A stretch of DNA of 64,000 nt. It comes from Paracoccus sp. (in: a-proteobacteria). GTDB lineage: Bacteria; Pseudomonadota; Alphaproteobacteria; Rhodobacterales; Rhodobacteraceae. Below, piece after piece: positions 51,358-62,095 of this stretch (position 1 is its first letter; each line of letters begins with the position of its first letter). Below the pieces are notes generated by a model. It did not search any database, had not been told where the DNA came from, and saw nothing but the letters and a program-made list of their open reading frames with translations. The stretch is from NCBI RefSeq assembly GCF_047973135.1, contig NZ_JBKEBL010000027.1, forward strand, positions 10,071 through 74,070. The letters run 5' to 3'. The translations under genes were made by a program, and so were the position numbers.

Positions 51358-52064
51358 TCGCGCAGCCAGGAGATCAGCACCAGCCGGAATGCCTGCCCGA
51401 AGAAGCGCAGCAGATCCGTACCATGTGCCGGGTTGAAGCGCCCGATATCGGCCGAGCCCATCAGCAGCAGCGCCGGAAAGCGGCCGGGGCCGAGGTCGAT
51501 GGGCAGCAGCGCCTCGGAGCGGATCGGCGCGCGGGCATCGCCGTGATAGGGCTGGGATTGCTGGGCGGCGCGGCGCAGCACGATATCGTCGCCGCGCGGC
51601 GCGCGCCTGCCACCCGAGATCAGTTCCGCCACCGTGCCGGCGGGGACGATGCTGAGCGGGCCCGCCGTCTCGCGCGTCGAATTGGCCGAACCCGAGTCCA
51701 TGATCAGGCGCAGGGTCTCGACGCGCAGGATCGGCGCCACAGAACTGTCGAGATTGTCGAGAAAGCCGTCGAAATCCATCGGTTCGAGCAGCGACAGCAC
51801 CGCGCGGTGGATGGTGTTCATCCCCGACTGGTTGTCATAGGCCGCCGAGATCACTGTTTCATGGGCGGTTTCAAGCCGTTCGAGGCGGCTTTCCATCGCC
51901 TCCATCGCCCGGCCACGGATATCGACGACATTGTCGCCGAAATCCGCTTCGCGCGCGCCGATCAGCGCGCGCATCAGGTCGCGGTCGGAAAGGATCAGCT
52001 CGGGCCGGGCCATAAGCCGGGCGCGCAGATCCTCGGGAAGATCGACGGCCTGATCCTTGCTCAT
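51354..52064 (-). CDS. DUF484 family protein
   Basis: NVVDIRG...AAYDN...HRAVL...GTDLLRFF; directly upstream of xerC. Confidence 0.85.
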   Translation of the reverse strand: MSKDQAVDLPEDLRARLMARPELILSDRDLMRALIGAREADFGDNVVDIRGRAMEAMESRLERLETAHETVISAAYDNQSGMNTIHRAVLSLLEPMDFDGFLDNLDSSVAPILRVETLRLIMDSGSANSTRETAGPLSIVPAGTVAELISGGRRAPRGDDIVLRRAAQQSQPYHGDARAPIRSEALLPIDLGPGRFPALLLMGSADIGRFNPAHGTDLLRFFGQAFRLVLISWLRE

Positions 52065-52717
52065 CAGCCGATCTTCTGCCCGGTCTTGGCCCAGTCGGCA
52101 TCGAACTGCGCCAGACCCTTGTCGGTCAGCACATGATTGGCCATTGCCTTGATGACGGCGGGGGGCGCGGTGATGACATCGGCGCCGACGCGGGCGGCGT
52201 CGGTGATGTGGTTCACCGAACGGATCGAGGCCGCGAGGATCTCGGTCTTGAAGCCATAATTGTCATAGATCGTGCGGATGTCCTCGATCAGCTGCATGCC
52301 GTCGAGGTTGATATCGTCCAGACGGCCGATGAAGGGGCTGATGAAGGTCGCACCGGCTTTCGCGGCCAGAATCGCCTGCGCCGACGAGAAGCACAGCGTG
52401 ACGTTGACCATATGGCCCTCGGACGACAGGGCTTTACAGGCTTTCAGCCCGTCCCAGGTCAGCGGCACCTTGACCGCGATATTCGGGGCGATCTGGGCCA
52501 GATGCTTGCCTTCGCGGATCATGTCGGCGGCGTCCTTGGCGACGACCTCGGCGCTGACCGGACCGGCGACCATGTCGCAGATCTCTTTGGTCACTTCGAT
52601 GATATCGCGGCCCGATTTCAGGATCAGCGAGGGGTTGGTGGTGACGCCATCGACCATTCCGAGGTCGTTGAGCTCACGGATGGCAGCGGTGTCGGCAGTA
52701 TCGACAAAGAATTTCAT
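52064..52717 (-). CDS. fsa: Fructose-6-phosphate aldolase/transaldolase
   Basis: [35 protein letters not shown]; true start 52717. Confidence 0.95.
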   Translation of the reverse strand: MKFFVDTADTAAIRELNDLGMVDGVTTNPSLILKSGRDIIEVTKEICDMVAGPVSAEVVAKDAADMIREGKHLAQIAPNIAVKVPLTWDGLKACKALSSEGHMVNVTLCFSSAQAILAAKAGATFISPFIGRLDDINLDGMQLIEDIRTIYDNYGFKTEILAASIRSVNHITDAARVGADVITAPPAVIKAMANHVLTDKGLAQFDADWAKTGQKIG

Positions 52718-52887
52718 GGCAGATGCCCTTGTTGCGGGATTTGCACAGGGTTTAGCGCATAAACCGGCGCGGGTGAAGTGCGGGCGGGCGGGTTGCGATC
52801 GATCGACGCAACGTGTCACACTCGTGCCAGCCCCGCCGGAGACCGACGTGACCGCCCGATATTTCAAGACCACGCGCGCCTGATCCC

Positions 52888-55089
52888 ATGGAGCGGCCCC
52901 TGTTCTATCCCCATGGCGCGCGGATCGCGGTGCTGACGCAAGAGGTCGTGGGCGTTCTCGACTATCTCGCGCCCGAGGGCGGTGCCCGGCTGGGACAGCT
53001 GGTTGTCGTGCCGCTGGGGCCGCGCCGGGTGATGGGGGCGGTCTGGGGGCCGGGCACGGGCGAATTTGACATGTCCCGGCTGCGCCCCGTCGCGCGGCTG
53101 GTCGATGCGCCGCCACTGGCCCCCGAGATGATCGAATTCCTGATCCGCATGGGGGAATATACCCTGACGCCCCTGCCTGCCCTGTTGCGCATGGCGACGC
53201 GAGCCCCGGATCTGGACCAGCCGCCATCGGCGCGGCGCATCCTGCATCGTGCCGGACCGGAACCCGAGCGCATGACCGATGCCCGCGCCGCCGTGCTGCG
53301 CGTGATCGCGGATCACGGCGGGGCAGGGTTTGCGCCGGGCGAGCTGGCCCAGCTTGCCGGTGTCAGCACCGGCGTGGTGCAGGGGCTGATCAAGGCCGGC
53401 ACGCTGGCCGAGACGCTGGCCCCGCGCGACACGCCCTATCCCCGGCTCGATCCCGATCTGCCGGGCAAGCCGCTCGCCCCCGATCAGGCTGCGGCGGCGC
53501 AGCAGTTGCGCGATGCGCTGGCCGGGCGGCGCTATGGCACGACGATGCTGCGCGGGGTGACCGGCTCGGGCAAGACCGAGGTCTATCTGGAGGCCGTCGC
53601 GCAATGCCTGCGGCAGGGGCGGCAGGCGCTGGTTCTGCTGCCCGAGATCGCGCTGTCCTCGGAATTTCTCAACCGGGTCGAAGCGCGTTTCGGGGAACGT
53701 CCGGGCGAATGGCACAGCGGCATCACCCGGACCGAACGCAGGCGGCTCTGGACCATGGCGGCGCAGAACAATGTCGGTCTGGTCGTGGGGGCGCGTTCGG
53801 CGCTGTTTCTGCCCTTTGCCGATCTGGGCCTGATCGTCGTCGATGAAGAGCACGATTCCAGCTACAAGCAGGAAGATGCGGTGTTCTACAGCGCCCGCGA
53901 CATGGCCGTGCTGCGCGCCAGCATCGGCAAGGCGCAGGTGGTGCTGGCCTCGGCCACGCCCTCGCTGGAGACATGGGTGAATGCCGGGGCGGGGAAATAT
54001 GCGCGCATTGATCTGCGGTCGCGCTATGGCACCGCCGAACTGCCCGAGATGGGGGCCATCGACCTGCGCGCGCAAGAGATGGACAAGGGCCGCTGGATCA
54101 GCCCGCGCCTTGCCGCCGAGGTCAATGCCCGGATCGCGCGCGGCGAGCAGTCGCTGCTGTTTCTGAACCGCCGCGGCTATGCGCCGATCACCACCTGCCG
54201 GGCCTGCGGCCAGCAGGTCGGATGCGATCATTGCGACGCGCGCATGGTCGAACATCGCTTTCAGAACCGCCTCGTCTGCCACCAATGCGGCGAAACCAAG
54301 CCGGTGCCGGTGACCTGTCCAAGCTGCGGCACCGAGGGCAGGATGGCTGCCATCGGCCCCGGCGTCGAGCGCCTTGCCGAAGAGGTCGCCGAACGCTTCC
54401 CCGAGGCAAGGGCAAGCGTGCTGTCCTCGGATCTGTTTCATTCCGCCCGCGCGTTGAAAGAGGCCATTGCGCAGATCGGGGCAGGGCAGACCGATATCAT
54501 CATCGGCACCCAGATCGTGGCCAAGGGGCACAATTTTCCCGGCCTGACGCTGGTCGGGGTGATCGACGCCGATCTGGGTCTGCAGGGCGCGGATATGCGC
54601 GCCGCCGAGCGCAGTTTCCAGCTGATGCGGCAGGTCGCGGGCCGGGCCGGGCGCGAGGGCGGCGAGGCGCGCGGGCTTGCGCTGCTGCAGACCTATCAGC
54701 CCGAGCATCCCGTTATCCGCGCGATCCTGTCGGGGCAGGACGAAGACTTCTGGGATGCCGAGGCGATGGGACGGAAAATGGCCGGGATGCCGCCCTTTGG
54801 CCGGTTGGCGGGGGTGATCCTGTCGCATCCCGATCTGGCCGTGGTCGATGACTATGCCCGCGAGATGGTGCGCCGGGCCGAGCCTTTGCGCGCCATCGGT
54901 GCCGATCTCTGGGGTCCGGCACCTGCGCCCATTGCCCGGGTGCGCGGGCGCTGCCGGGTGCGGATGCTGATCCGGGCGGCGCGGCAGGCCCCGGTTCAGC
55001 AAGCGATCTCGCGCTGGCTCGCCCTGCTGCCAAAGGCACCGCCCAATTTGCGCCTGTCGGTCGATATCGACCCGCAGAGTTTCCTCTGA
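52888..55089 (+). CDS. priA: Primosomal protein N'
   Basis: [28 protein letters not shown], Cys-rich zinc region, IDPQSF. Confidence 0.97.
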   Translation: MERPLFYPHGARIAVLTQEVVGVLDYLAPEGGARLGQLVVVPLGPRRVMGAVWGPGTGEFDMSRLRPVARLVDAPPLAPEMIEFLIRMGEYTLTPLPALLRMATRAPDLDQPPSARRILHRAGPEPERMTDARAAVLRVIADHGGAGFAPGELAQLAGVSTGVVQGLIKAGTLAETLAPRDTPYPRLDPDLPGKPLAPDQAAAAQQLRDALAGRRYGTTMLRGVTGSGKTEVYLEAVAQCLRQGRQALVLLPEIALSSEFLNRVEARFGERPGEWHSGITRTERRRLWTMAAQNNVGLVVGARSALFLPFADLGLIVVDEEHDSSYKQEDAVFYSARDMAVLRASIGKAQVVLASATPSLETWVNAGAGKYARIDLRSRYGTAELPEMGAIDLRAQEMDKGRWISPRLAAEVNARIARGEQSLLFLNRRGYAPITTCRACGQQVGCDHCDARMVEHRFQNRLVCHQCGETKPVPVTCPSCGTEGRMAAIGPGVERLAEEVAERFPEARASVLSSDLFHSARALKEAIAQIGAGQTDIIIGTQIVAKGHNFPGLTLVGVIDADLGLQGADMRAAERSFQLMRQVAGRAGREGGEARGLALLQTYQPEHPVIRAILSGQDEDFWDAEAMGRKMAGMPPFGRLAGVILSHPDLAVVDDYAREMVRRAEPLRAIGADLWGPAPAPIARVRGRCRVRMLIRAARQAPVQQAISRWLALLPKAPPNLRLSVDIDPQSFL

Positions 55090-55199
55090 CCGCAATCCGC
55101 GCGCGCTCCGGCGTTGATCGGTTGCGGCGGGGCGGTTAGGTTTGTTGCGGGAATATGCAATGTTCAACCTGTCCGCTCACAGCTGAAAGAGGTGGCACA

Positions 55200-56297
55200 A
55201 TGGTTTCGAATTCTCGCAGAGATCTCCTGAAAATCGCGCTGCTTGCCGGGGTCGCCCCGATGCTGGGCGGGCTGCTGCGCCCGGCCATGGCGGGTGATCG
55301 CGCCTATGCGCCCGCCGCCAGCGACTGGCGCCGGTTCCAGACCCGCACCGTGGTCACCCTGCCTGAGGCCAGCGGCCCGGCGCAGATCTGGCTGCCGGTG
55401 CCCTCGCTTGCCACCGATTATCAGCGCAGCCTTGACGACAGCTGGACCGGGAATGCGACCTCGGCGGAGCTGGTCACAGATCCGGGCGGGACGAAATTCC
55501 TGCATGCCAGCTTTGAAAACGGCGTCGCGCCGCATCTGGAACTGGTCAGCACGGTCGAGACCCGCAACCGTATCATCGACTGGACCAGCGAATCCGCCTT
55601 CAAAGAGGATGCGGCGGTCCTGAAGGCTGCGTTGCAACCGTCCGGCTACAAGCCTTTGGATGGCGTTGTGGCCGAGACAGCGGCCAGGATCACCAAGGGC
55701 GCTGAAACCGATGTCGACCGCGTCCGCCTGATCTATAATTGGATTGTCGAACATTGCTACCGCAACATGGACACCCCCGGCTGTGGTCCCGGCGACAATG
55801 TGGCGACGCTGACCACGGCGGGTCTGGGCGGCAAATGCGCCGATCTGAACGGGCTGTTCGTGGGTCTTGCGCGGGCCTCGGGCGTGCCGGCGCGGGATGT
55901 GTTCGGGGTGCGCGTCGCACCTTCGGCCTTTGGCTACAAGCAGCTTGGCGCGAACAGCGCGACCATCACCGGGGCACAGCATTGCCGGGCCGAGGTCTAT
56001 CTGACCGGCTATGGCTGGGTGGCGATGGACCCGGCGGATGTCCTGAAAGTCATGCGCGCCGAGACCGAGACATGGATCAGGGACCCGAACGATCCGCTGG
56101 TCAAGCAGGTGAACGGGGCGTTGTTCGGCAATTGGGAAGGCAATTGGGTCGCCTATAACACCGCCGAGGATCTGCACCTGCCGGGCCGCGACCGGGTCCT
56201 GCCATTTCTGATGTATCCGCAGGCGACGATCGGCGGGCGCATCGTCGATGAGCTGGATGCCAAGGCCTTCACCTACGAGATCACCACACAAGCCTGA
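55200..56297 (+). CDS. Tat-exported transglutaminase-like protein
   Basis: SRRDLLK Tat motif; Cys-His-Asp triad in GGKCADLN / AQHCRAE / AMDPAD. Confidence 0.85.
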   Translation: MVSNSRRDLLKIALLAGVAPMLGGLLRPAMAGDRAYAPAASDWRRFQTRTVVTLPEASGPAQIWLPVPSLATDYQRSLDDSWTGNATSAELVTDPGGTKFLHASFENGVAPHLELVSTVETRNRIIDWTSESAFKEDAAVLKAALQPSGYKPLDGVVAETAARITKGAETDVDRVRLIYNWIVEHCYRNMDTPGCGPGDNVATLTTAGLGGKCADLNGLFVGLARASGVPARDVFGVRVAPSAFGYKQLGANSATITGAQHCRAEVYLTGYGWVAMDPADVLKVMRAETETWIRDPNDPLVKQVNGALFGNWEGNWVAYNTAEDLHLPGRDRVLPFLMYPQATIGGRIVDELDAKAFTYEITTQA

Positions 56298-56323
56298 TCA
56301 GGATCAGGGCTGCGACCGGCCCG

Positions 56324-56956
56324 TCAGCGGCAAGAGCCCGGATTGACGCCGACGCCGCGCAGCCCCCAATCGGTCATCTCGGCCAGCAATTGCTGGCTGG
56401 CGGCGTCGAATGCCGGGATCAGATCGGCATTGCGCGTCGAGGCGGCGGGGTGAGTGACCGCGAAATTCCCCCGCGCCGCGACCGAGGCGTCCATCTCGCG
56501 GATCAGTTGGGCATCGACCGAAAGCCGCACCAGCGCGCCGTCCTCGGTTACCTCGGCGTTGAAATCGTTGATTTCGCTGATCAGCGCGAAATCCCCCGCC
56601 GAACCCAATGGCGCGCGCCCGACATGGGTGAAGACGTCATAGCTGGCAAAGCCGCGCAGCAGCAGGTTCTGCAAGGTGATCGGCACCGTATCACCCCATT
56701 GCGCATCAGGCAGATATTGCGTCTGGATCGCCGAGGGCCGGATCATGATGCGTTCGGTATTCAGCGTGCCGCGTGATTTCGGCTCTTCGATGATGAGCTG
56801 CGCGACGCGCCCGCGCCCGCAGCTCTTGCGCGATTCCTGCAAGGGACGCAGCTCGAACACGTCCAGCCTTTCGCCGCCCGACAGGTTGGCGATGGCGGCG
56901 CAGCCCGACAGGGCGGGGGTCAGAGCCAGGGCGATCATGGGCAGGATTCGGGACAT
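56324..56956 (-). CDS. ABC-type transport auxiliary lipoprotein (PqiC-like)
   Basis: LSGC lipobox, QYLPDAQWGD; last gene of the MCE operon. Confidence 0.85.
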   Translation of the reverse strand: MSRILPMIALALTPALSGCAAIANLSGGERLDVFELRPLQESRKSCGRGRVAQLIIEEPKSRGTLNTERIMIRPSAIQTQYLPDAQWGDTVPITLQNLLLRGFASYDVFTHVGRAPLGSAGDFALISEINDFNAEVTEDGALVRLSVDAQLIREMDASVAARGNFAVTHPAASTRNADLIPAFDAASQQLLAEMTDWGLRGVGVNPGSCR

Positions 56957-56964
56957 GGCAACTC

Positions 56965-58266
56965 TCAGCGGCGGAATTCGGGCGTGCGCGGCCCGGTGAT
57001 GATCTGCGAGGGGTTGCGCCGCAGCGCGTCGACCAGACGGTTCACATTCTGCACCAGCCCGCGCAGATCGCGGGCCAGACTGGAGAATTGCGGCAGTCCC
57101 TCGCTGGTGAAAGCCTGCACCGGGGCGCGGGCGCTGTCCAGCAGCGCCTCAAGGCTGGAAAATGCGCTGTCAGCACTGTCGGCGGCATTGCGCAGGCGGG
57201 CGGTGATTTCGGGGATGTCCTCGGTGACGCTGCCGATGGCCTCGTTGAAGCGGGCAAGGGTGGCGCGCAGATCGGTGGCGACGGGGCCGACCTCGGTATT
57301 GATCATGCGGTCCGCGCCCTCGAATGTGCGTTCCGCCGCGCTCAGGGTGCGGCTGCCGATTTCGAGCGTGGCATCCAGCCCGTCCATGGTCGTGCCCGCG
57401 CGCCGGGTCAGCCCGGCAATGTCGCTGCGCAGCCCGCTGGCGGTTTCGTCCAGCGTTCTGGTCAGGCCGCGCAGATCGCCCGAAACGTAATCGCGCATCT
57501 CGTCCAGCGTGGCGGTGCCCGATTGCAGCGCCGCATCGGCCTTGTCCGCGGTTTCGCCGAAACGCGCCAATGCGGCATCGAGATTGCCCATCGTGTTTTC
57601 CGCCGCCTTGCCGATGCCGTCGAGCTTGTCGCCGAATGACGAAATATTCGCCGCCGCATCCGAGATCGAGCTGGTGGCGCTGGAGACATCGGCCAGTGCC
57701 TGATCCAGATTGGCACTGGAGCGTTCCACATTGTCGAGGATATTGCGCACGCGGGTCTGGTTTTCCTCGCCCAGAAGGCGGGTCATCTGCTCGGCCACGG
57801 TATTGAGCCGTGAAATCATTTCCGGCCCCTGATCGGTCAGGGTCTGCAAGGCCGAACGGTTCGCGGTGATCACCGGCACGCCGTCGGCACTGACCTCGCG
57901 CAGCAGCGCGCTGCCCGCCGAGCCGGGGCTGATCGAGACATTGGAATAGCCGGTCACGCCCTGCACCTCGATCGAGGCGCGGGAATCGACGCGCACCGGG
58001 GTATCCTCGGCGACCTCGATGCGCACGCGCACCGCGCCGCTCGACCCGCCGACCAGCTGCATGTCCAGAACCCGCCCGACCAGCAGCCCGGCAAAAGCGA
58101 CATCCGAGGATTGTCCCAGCCCCGAAACCTCGGGGAAATATATGTCGTAATAGGCGAACTGGCGGTTCATTTCGATCTTGGCGAACCAGATCAGAAAGCC
58201 CAGCAGCCCGACAAAGCCCGCAATCGTAAAGGCCCCGATCAGGATAAAATTGGCTCTGGTTTCCAT
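56965..58266 (-). CDS. MlaD/MCE family protein with long helical region
   Basis: METRANFILIGAF, VSGLGQSSDVAFAG.LVGRV, QGVTG. Confidence 0.9.
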   Translation of the reverse strand: METRANFILIGAFTIAGFVGLLGFLIWFAKIEMNRQFAYYDIYFPEVSGLGQSSDVAFAGLLVGRVLDMQLVGGSSGAVRVRIEVAEDTPVRVDSRASIEVQGVTGYSNVSISPGSAGSALLREVSADGVPVITANRSALQTLTDQGPEMISRLNTVAEQMTRLLGEENQTRVRNILDNVERSSANLDQALADVSSATSSISDAAANISSFGDKLDGIGKAAENTMGNLDAALARFGETADKADAALQSGTATLDEMRDYVSGDLRGLTRTLDETASGLRSDIAGLTRRAGTTMDGLDATLEIGSRTLSAAERTFEGADRMINTEVGPVATDLRATLARFNEAIGSVTEDIPEITARLRNAADSADSAFSSLEALLDSARAPVQAFTSEGLPQFSSLARDLRGLVQNVNRLVDALRRNPSQIITGPRTPEFRR

Positions 58267-58270
58267 GATC

Positions 58271-59038
58271 TCACTCCTTCGCGCCAAGGGCGGCGCGGGC
58301 GCGTGGCCCGTGGAAGTATTCGCGCACCCAAGGGTGATCGACTTGCAGCATTTCGGCCATGCTTCCCGTGGCCAGAACGCGTTTTTCCGCCAGAACGGCG
58401 ACCCGGTCGCAACAGGCATGCAGCGTATCGAGGTCATGGGTGACCAGAAACACCGACAGATTCAGCGCATCGCGCAGCCCCACGATCAGCCGGTCGAAGG
58501 CATCCGCGCCGATCGGGTCCAGCCCGGCGGTCGGCTCGTCCAGAAAGACGATCTCGGGGTCCAGCGACAGCGCCCGCGCCAGCCCGGCGCGCTTGCGCAT
58601 CCCGCCCGACAGTTCCGACGGGTATTTTTCGTTCGCGATCCATGGCAGGCCTGCCATCGATACCTTGAGCTGGGCCAGCGCGGCGCGGTCCTTGTCGCTC
58701 AGCCCGGGCACGGCATGCAGCGGCACCTTGACATTTTCCTGAACGCTCAGCGCCGAGAACAGCGCGCCGTCCTGAAACATCACGCCCCAGCGCCGTTCCA
58801 GCGACTCGCGCGCCGTGCCGGACAGCGCCATGACATCCTGATCCAGCACCCGGATGCTGCCCGCGGCAGGCCGGATCAGCCCGACAATGGCGCGCAGCAG
58901 CACCGATTTCCCGGTGCCCGAGCCGCCGACCACGCCCAGAATCTCGCCGCGCCGCAGATCCAGATCCAGCCCGTCATGCACGACATGGCGGCCAAAGCGG
59001 GTGCACAGCCCGCGCACCTCGACGACATTCGCGCTCAT
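58271..59038 (-). CDS. MlaF-like ABC ATP-binding protein
   Basis: GGSGTGKS, LSGGMRKR, DEPTAGLDP; true start 59038. Confidence 0.92.
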   Translation of the reverse strand: MSANVVEVRGLCTRFGRHVVHDGLDLDLRRGEILGVVGGSGTGKSVLLRAIVGLIRPAAGSIRVLDQDVMALSGTARESLERRWGVMFQDGALFSALSVQENVKVPLHAVPGLSDKDRAALAQLKVSMAGLPWIANEKYPSELSGGMRKRAGLARALSLDPEIVFLDEPTAGLDPIGADAFDRLIVGLRDALNLSVFLVTHDLDTLHACCDRVAVLAEKRVLATGSMAEMLQVDHPWVREYFHGPRARAALGAKE

Positions 59039-60129
59039 AGTCCGACCTTTGCGAAAAAGACCGAGAACAGCGCATCCAGCACGATCACGGCAAAGATCGC
59101 CTTGACCACCGCGCTGGAGGTTTCCGCGCCCAGCGATTCCGCGTCCTTGCCGACCTTCATCCCGGCATGGCAGCCGATCACCCCGATCACCAGCGCAAAG
59201 ACCGGAGCCTTGGCCAGACCGACGATGACATGATCGACGCTGGTATCGGCAATGAGGCGATAGCGAAACAGCGAGGGCGACAGGCCCAGCTCGACCCATG
59301 TCATCATCGCTCCGCCGACCAGCCCGGCGATATTGGCGATCAGCCCGAGGATCGGCAGCGTCACCACCAGCGCCAGCACGCGCGGCAGGATCAGCACCAT
59401 GTCCGGGTCCATGCCCAGCGTGCGCATGGCGTCGATTTCCTCGCGCATCTTCATCGAGCCGATGGCGGCGGTCAGCGCCGATGCCGTGCGCCCGGCGACG
59501 ATGATCGCGGTCAGCAGGATGCCCAGTTCGCGCAGGATCGAGATCGCGATCAGATCGACGACAAAGACCTCGGCCCCGAACTGGCGCAATTGCTCGGCCC
59601 CCTGATAGGCCAGCACGACCCCGATCAGGAATGACATCAGCGCGACGATGGGCACCGCGCGCAGCCCGGTTTCCTGACAGTGATGCACAAAGGATGTCAG
59701 CCGGAACTGTGACGGGTGGCGGATCGCCCGGCCAAGCGCGGCCAGAAACCGGCCCAGATATTCGGCCAGTTCGCGGATGAAGATCAGCCCGTTCACCACG
59801 CCGCGCCCGACCGCCTCGCATAGCGCGCGCCAGCCGGTCGGGGCATGGGGCAGGGTCTCGGGCTGCGGGCGGGCCTTGGCGACGGCCTCCAGAAAGCGGG
59901 CCTGCGTCGCGTCGAGGCCAAGGATGCTGGCCCCGGCATCGCGCCGCCCGGCCAGATACCATGCCCCCGCGCTGTCCAGCCGGGTGATCCCGCTCAGCTC
60001 GATGCGGCTGGCATTGGCGGCCCCGGCGGGCAGGTCGGGCAGGGTCCAGACGGTGAACTCGCCCGCCAGCCGCAACAGGTCGCCGCTTTGTTCGACGATC
60101 AGGGCCGGATCGCTCGAAAGATCGTTCAT
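59035..60129 (-). CDS. MlaE-like permease with N-terminal STAS-like domain
   Basis: LDSAGAW, RELGILLTAIIVAGR, EEIDAMRTLG. Confidence 0.92.
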   Translation of the reverse strand: MNDLSSDPALIVEQSGDLLRLAGEFTVWTLPDLPAGAANASRIELSGITRLDSAGAWYLAGRRDAGASILGLDATQARFLEAVAKARPQPETLPHAPTGWRALCEAVGRGVVNGLIFIRELAEYLGRFLAALGRAIRHPSQFRLTSFVHHCQETGLRAVPIVALMSFLIGVVLAYQGAEQLRQFGAEVFVVDLIAISILRELGILLTAIIVAGRTASALTAAIGSMKMREEIDAMRTLGMDPDMVLILPRVLALVVTLPILGLIANIAGLVGGAMMTWVELGLSPSLFRYRLIADTSVDHVIVGLAKAPVFALVIGVIGCHAGMKVGKDAESLGAETSSAVVKAIFAVIVLDALFSVFFAKVGL

Positions 60130-60204
60130 GACAATTCCCGCCGCCTGCTCAGGGGAAAGTTTTCAAGGGATTGCCGGGCAATGTCAAACCACGGCGTCCC
60201 GGTG

Positions 60205-61131
60205 TCATGTGCTGCGGCCCTGTGGCTGGGGGCGCATCATGCGCACCGGCTCGGTACGGGCAAGGCGCAGGATATGGGCCATATAGGGTTGCCCCAGATC
60301 CTCCTCGCGCACGGCGGCATAGAGCCTGCGCAACATGCCGCGCTGGCCCAGCGGCAGCAGCGCCAGCTCGGGATTGGCGGCATGGGCGCGCAGCACCCAG
60401 TCGGGCATGACCGCGACACCGCGCCCCGAGGCCACCAGCATCAGCGTGACGGCGGTCTGTTCGACCTGACGGTGATGGGCGGGTTCGATCCCGGCAGGGT
60501 CGAGGAATTGCGAATAGACATCCAGCCGCGCCCGGTCCATCGGATAGGTGATCAGCGTTTCGCCGGTCAGGTCCTGCGGCTCGGCATAGCCCTTGGCGAC
60601 CAGCGGATGGCTGGCGGGAACCACCATGGTCGGGGCATAGTCGAACAGCGGCTGATAGGTCACCCCGGCCATGTCCTCGGGGTCCGAGGTGATGACCAGA
60701 TCGACCTGTCCGCGCACCAGCGCGGGCAATGCCTTGAGCGACAGGCTCGACCGGATGTCCAGATCGACCTCGGGCCAGATGCGGCGGAACTGATCGAGCA
60801 CCGGCAAAAGCCAGTCATAGCAGTGATGGCATTCCATCGCGACATGCAGCCTGCCCGCGCGGCCCAGCTCGACGGCGCGGAACTCGGCCTCGGCGGCGTC
60901 GATCAGGGGCAGGACCTGCTCGGCCGTGCGCAACAGCCGCATCCCCGAGGCCGACAGCCGCAAGGGCTTGGTCTTGCGCAAGAACAGATCCACTCCGACC
61001 TGTTCCTCCAGCGCCTTGATCTGATGCGACAGCGCGGATTGGGTGATGTTCAGGATCTCGGCGGCGCGGGCCAGACCGCCCTGTTCGTGAATGGCGCGCA
61101 GGCTGCGCAAATGGCGAAGCTCGAGGTGCAT
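60205..61131 (-). CDS. metR: LysR regulator MetR
   Basis: LELRHLR, TQSALSHQ, ECHHCYDWL; divergent from metF. Confidence 0.92.
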   Translation of the reverse strand: MHLELRHLRSLRAIHEQGGLARAAEILNITQSALSHQIKALEEQVGVDLFLRKTKPLRLSASGMRLLRTAEQVLPLIDAAEAEFRAVELGRAGRLHVAMECHHCYDWLLPVLDQFRRIWPEVDLDIRSSLSLKALPALVRGQVDLVITSDPEDMAGVTYQPLFDYAPTMVVPASHPLVAKGYAEPQDLTGETLITYPMDRARLDVYSQFLDPAGIEPAHHRQVEQTAVTLMLVASGRGVAVMPDWVLRAHAANPELALLPLGQRGMLRRLYAAVREEDLGQPYMAHILRLARTEPVRMMRPQPQGRST

Positions 61132-61133
61132 CT

Positions 61134-61177
61134 TGAATGTTTCTCAACACTATCTTGAGGATTATGAATTTGTCTCA
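61134..61177. promoter_or_regulatory. Two MetR-box-like sites
   Basis: TGAATGTTTCTCA (61134) and TGAATTTGTCTCA (61165), matching TGAA-N5-TTCA with one mismatch each, 31 bp apart. Confidence 0.65.
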
Positions 61178-61222
61178 CGTCCGGGGACATGCGACAAGCC
61201 GTCTCAGGATAAGGAACCCGCC

Positions 61223-62086
61223 ATGAACACGCCCGCCGTCAGCTTTGAATTCTTTCCGCCCCGGAATCTGGATCAGTCGTTCCGGCTGTGGGACACGGCG
61301 CGCGCGCTGGCACCGCTGGGGCCGGATTTCGTCTCGGTGACCTATGGTGCGGGCGGCACGACGCGGCAGCTGACGCATGAGGCGGTGACGGCGCTGGCCA
61401 GCCATTACGGTCTGAATGTCGCCGCGCATCTGACCTGTGTCGATGCCACGCGCGAGGAAACCTTGCAGATCGTCGCGGATTACGCCGCTGCGGGCGTGCA
61501 TGAGATCGTCGCCCTGCGCGGGGATGCGCCGCAGGGGCAGGACCGCTTTACCCCCCATGCCGACGGTTTCGCCAATTCGGTCGAGCTGATCGAGGCGATC
61601 GCGGGCCGTGGCGACATGAAGATCCGTTGTGGTGCCTATCCCGAACCCCATCCCGACAGTCCGGATACGGCGGCGGATGTGGCATGGCTCAAGCGCAAGT
61701 CGGATGCCGGTGCGACCAGCGCGATCACCCAGTTCTTTTTCGATGCCGACACGTTCTTTCGCTTTCGCGATCAATGCGTGAAGGCGGGCGTCACCGCCGA
61801 GATCCTGCCCGGCATCCTGCCGATCCAGAGCTGGGGCGGCGCCCGCCGCTTTGCCGAGCGCTGCGGCACCTCGGTTCCCGCCTGGGCCGAAGCGGCATTC
61901 GCTCAGGCAGGCAAAGAAGGCGAGGCCCGGCTGGCGCTGGATGTCTGCGTCAGGCTGTGCGAGCAGCTGGTCGCGGGCGGCGTCGACAAGCTGCATTTCT
62001 ACACGCTGAACAAGCCCGATCTCGTCCTCAAGGTCTGCGCGGCTCTGGGCGTCACGCCCAAGGACGCGCTGCCCGACGTGGCCTGA
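61223..62086 (+). CDS. metF: Methylenetetrahydrofolate reductase
   Basis: SFEFFPP, SVTYGAGG, AHLTC, ALRGD, TQFFF, HFYTLN. Confidence 0.97.
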   Translation: MNTPAVSFEFFPPRNLDQSFRLWDTARALAPLGPDFVSVTYGAGGTTRQLTHEAVTALASHYGLNVAAHLTCVDATREETLQIVADYAAAGVHEIVALRGDAPQGQDRFTPHADGFANSVELIEAIAGRGDMKIRCGAYPEPHPDSPDTAADVAWLKRKSDAGATSAITQFFFDADTFFRFRDQCVKAGVTAEILPGILPIQSWGGARRFAERCGTSVPAWAEAAFAQAGKEGEARLALDVCVRLCEQLVAGGVDKLHFYTLNKPDLVLKVCAALGVTPKDALPDVA

Positions 62087-62095
62087 ACGCGCCGC

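Noticed and set aside
52718..53227. Long N-terminal extensions on fsa (likewise on the ABC ATPase 59039-59962, envC, ctpA and ybaK)
   Set aside because: The extensions are low-complexity and overlap real neighbouring genes; downstream ATGs match the family N-termini
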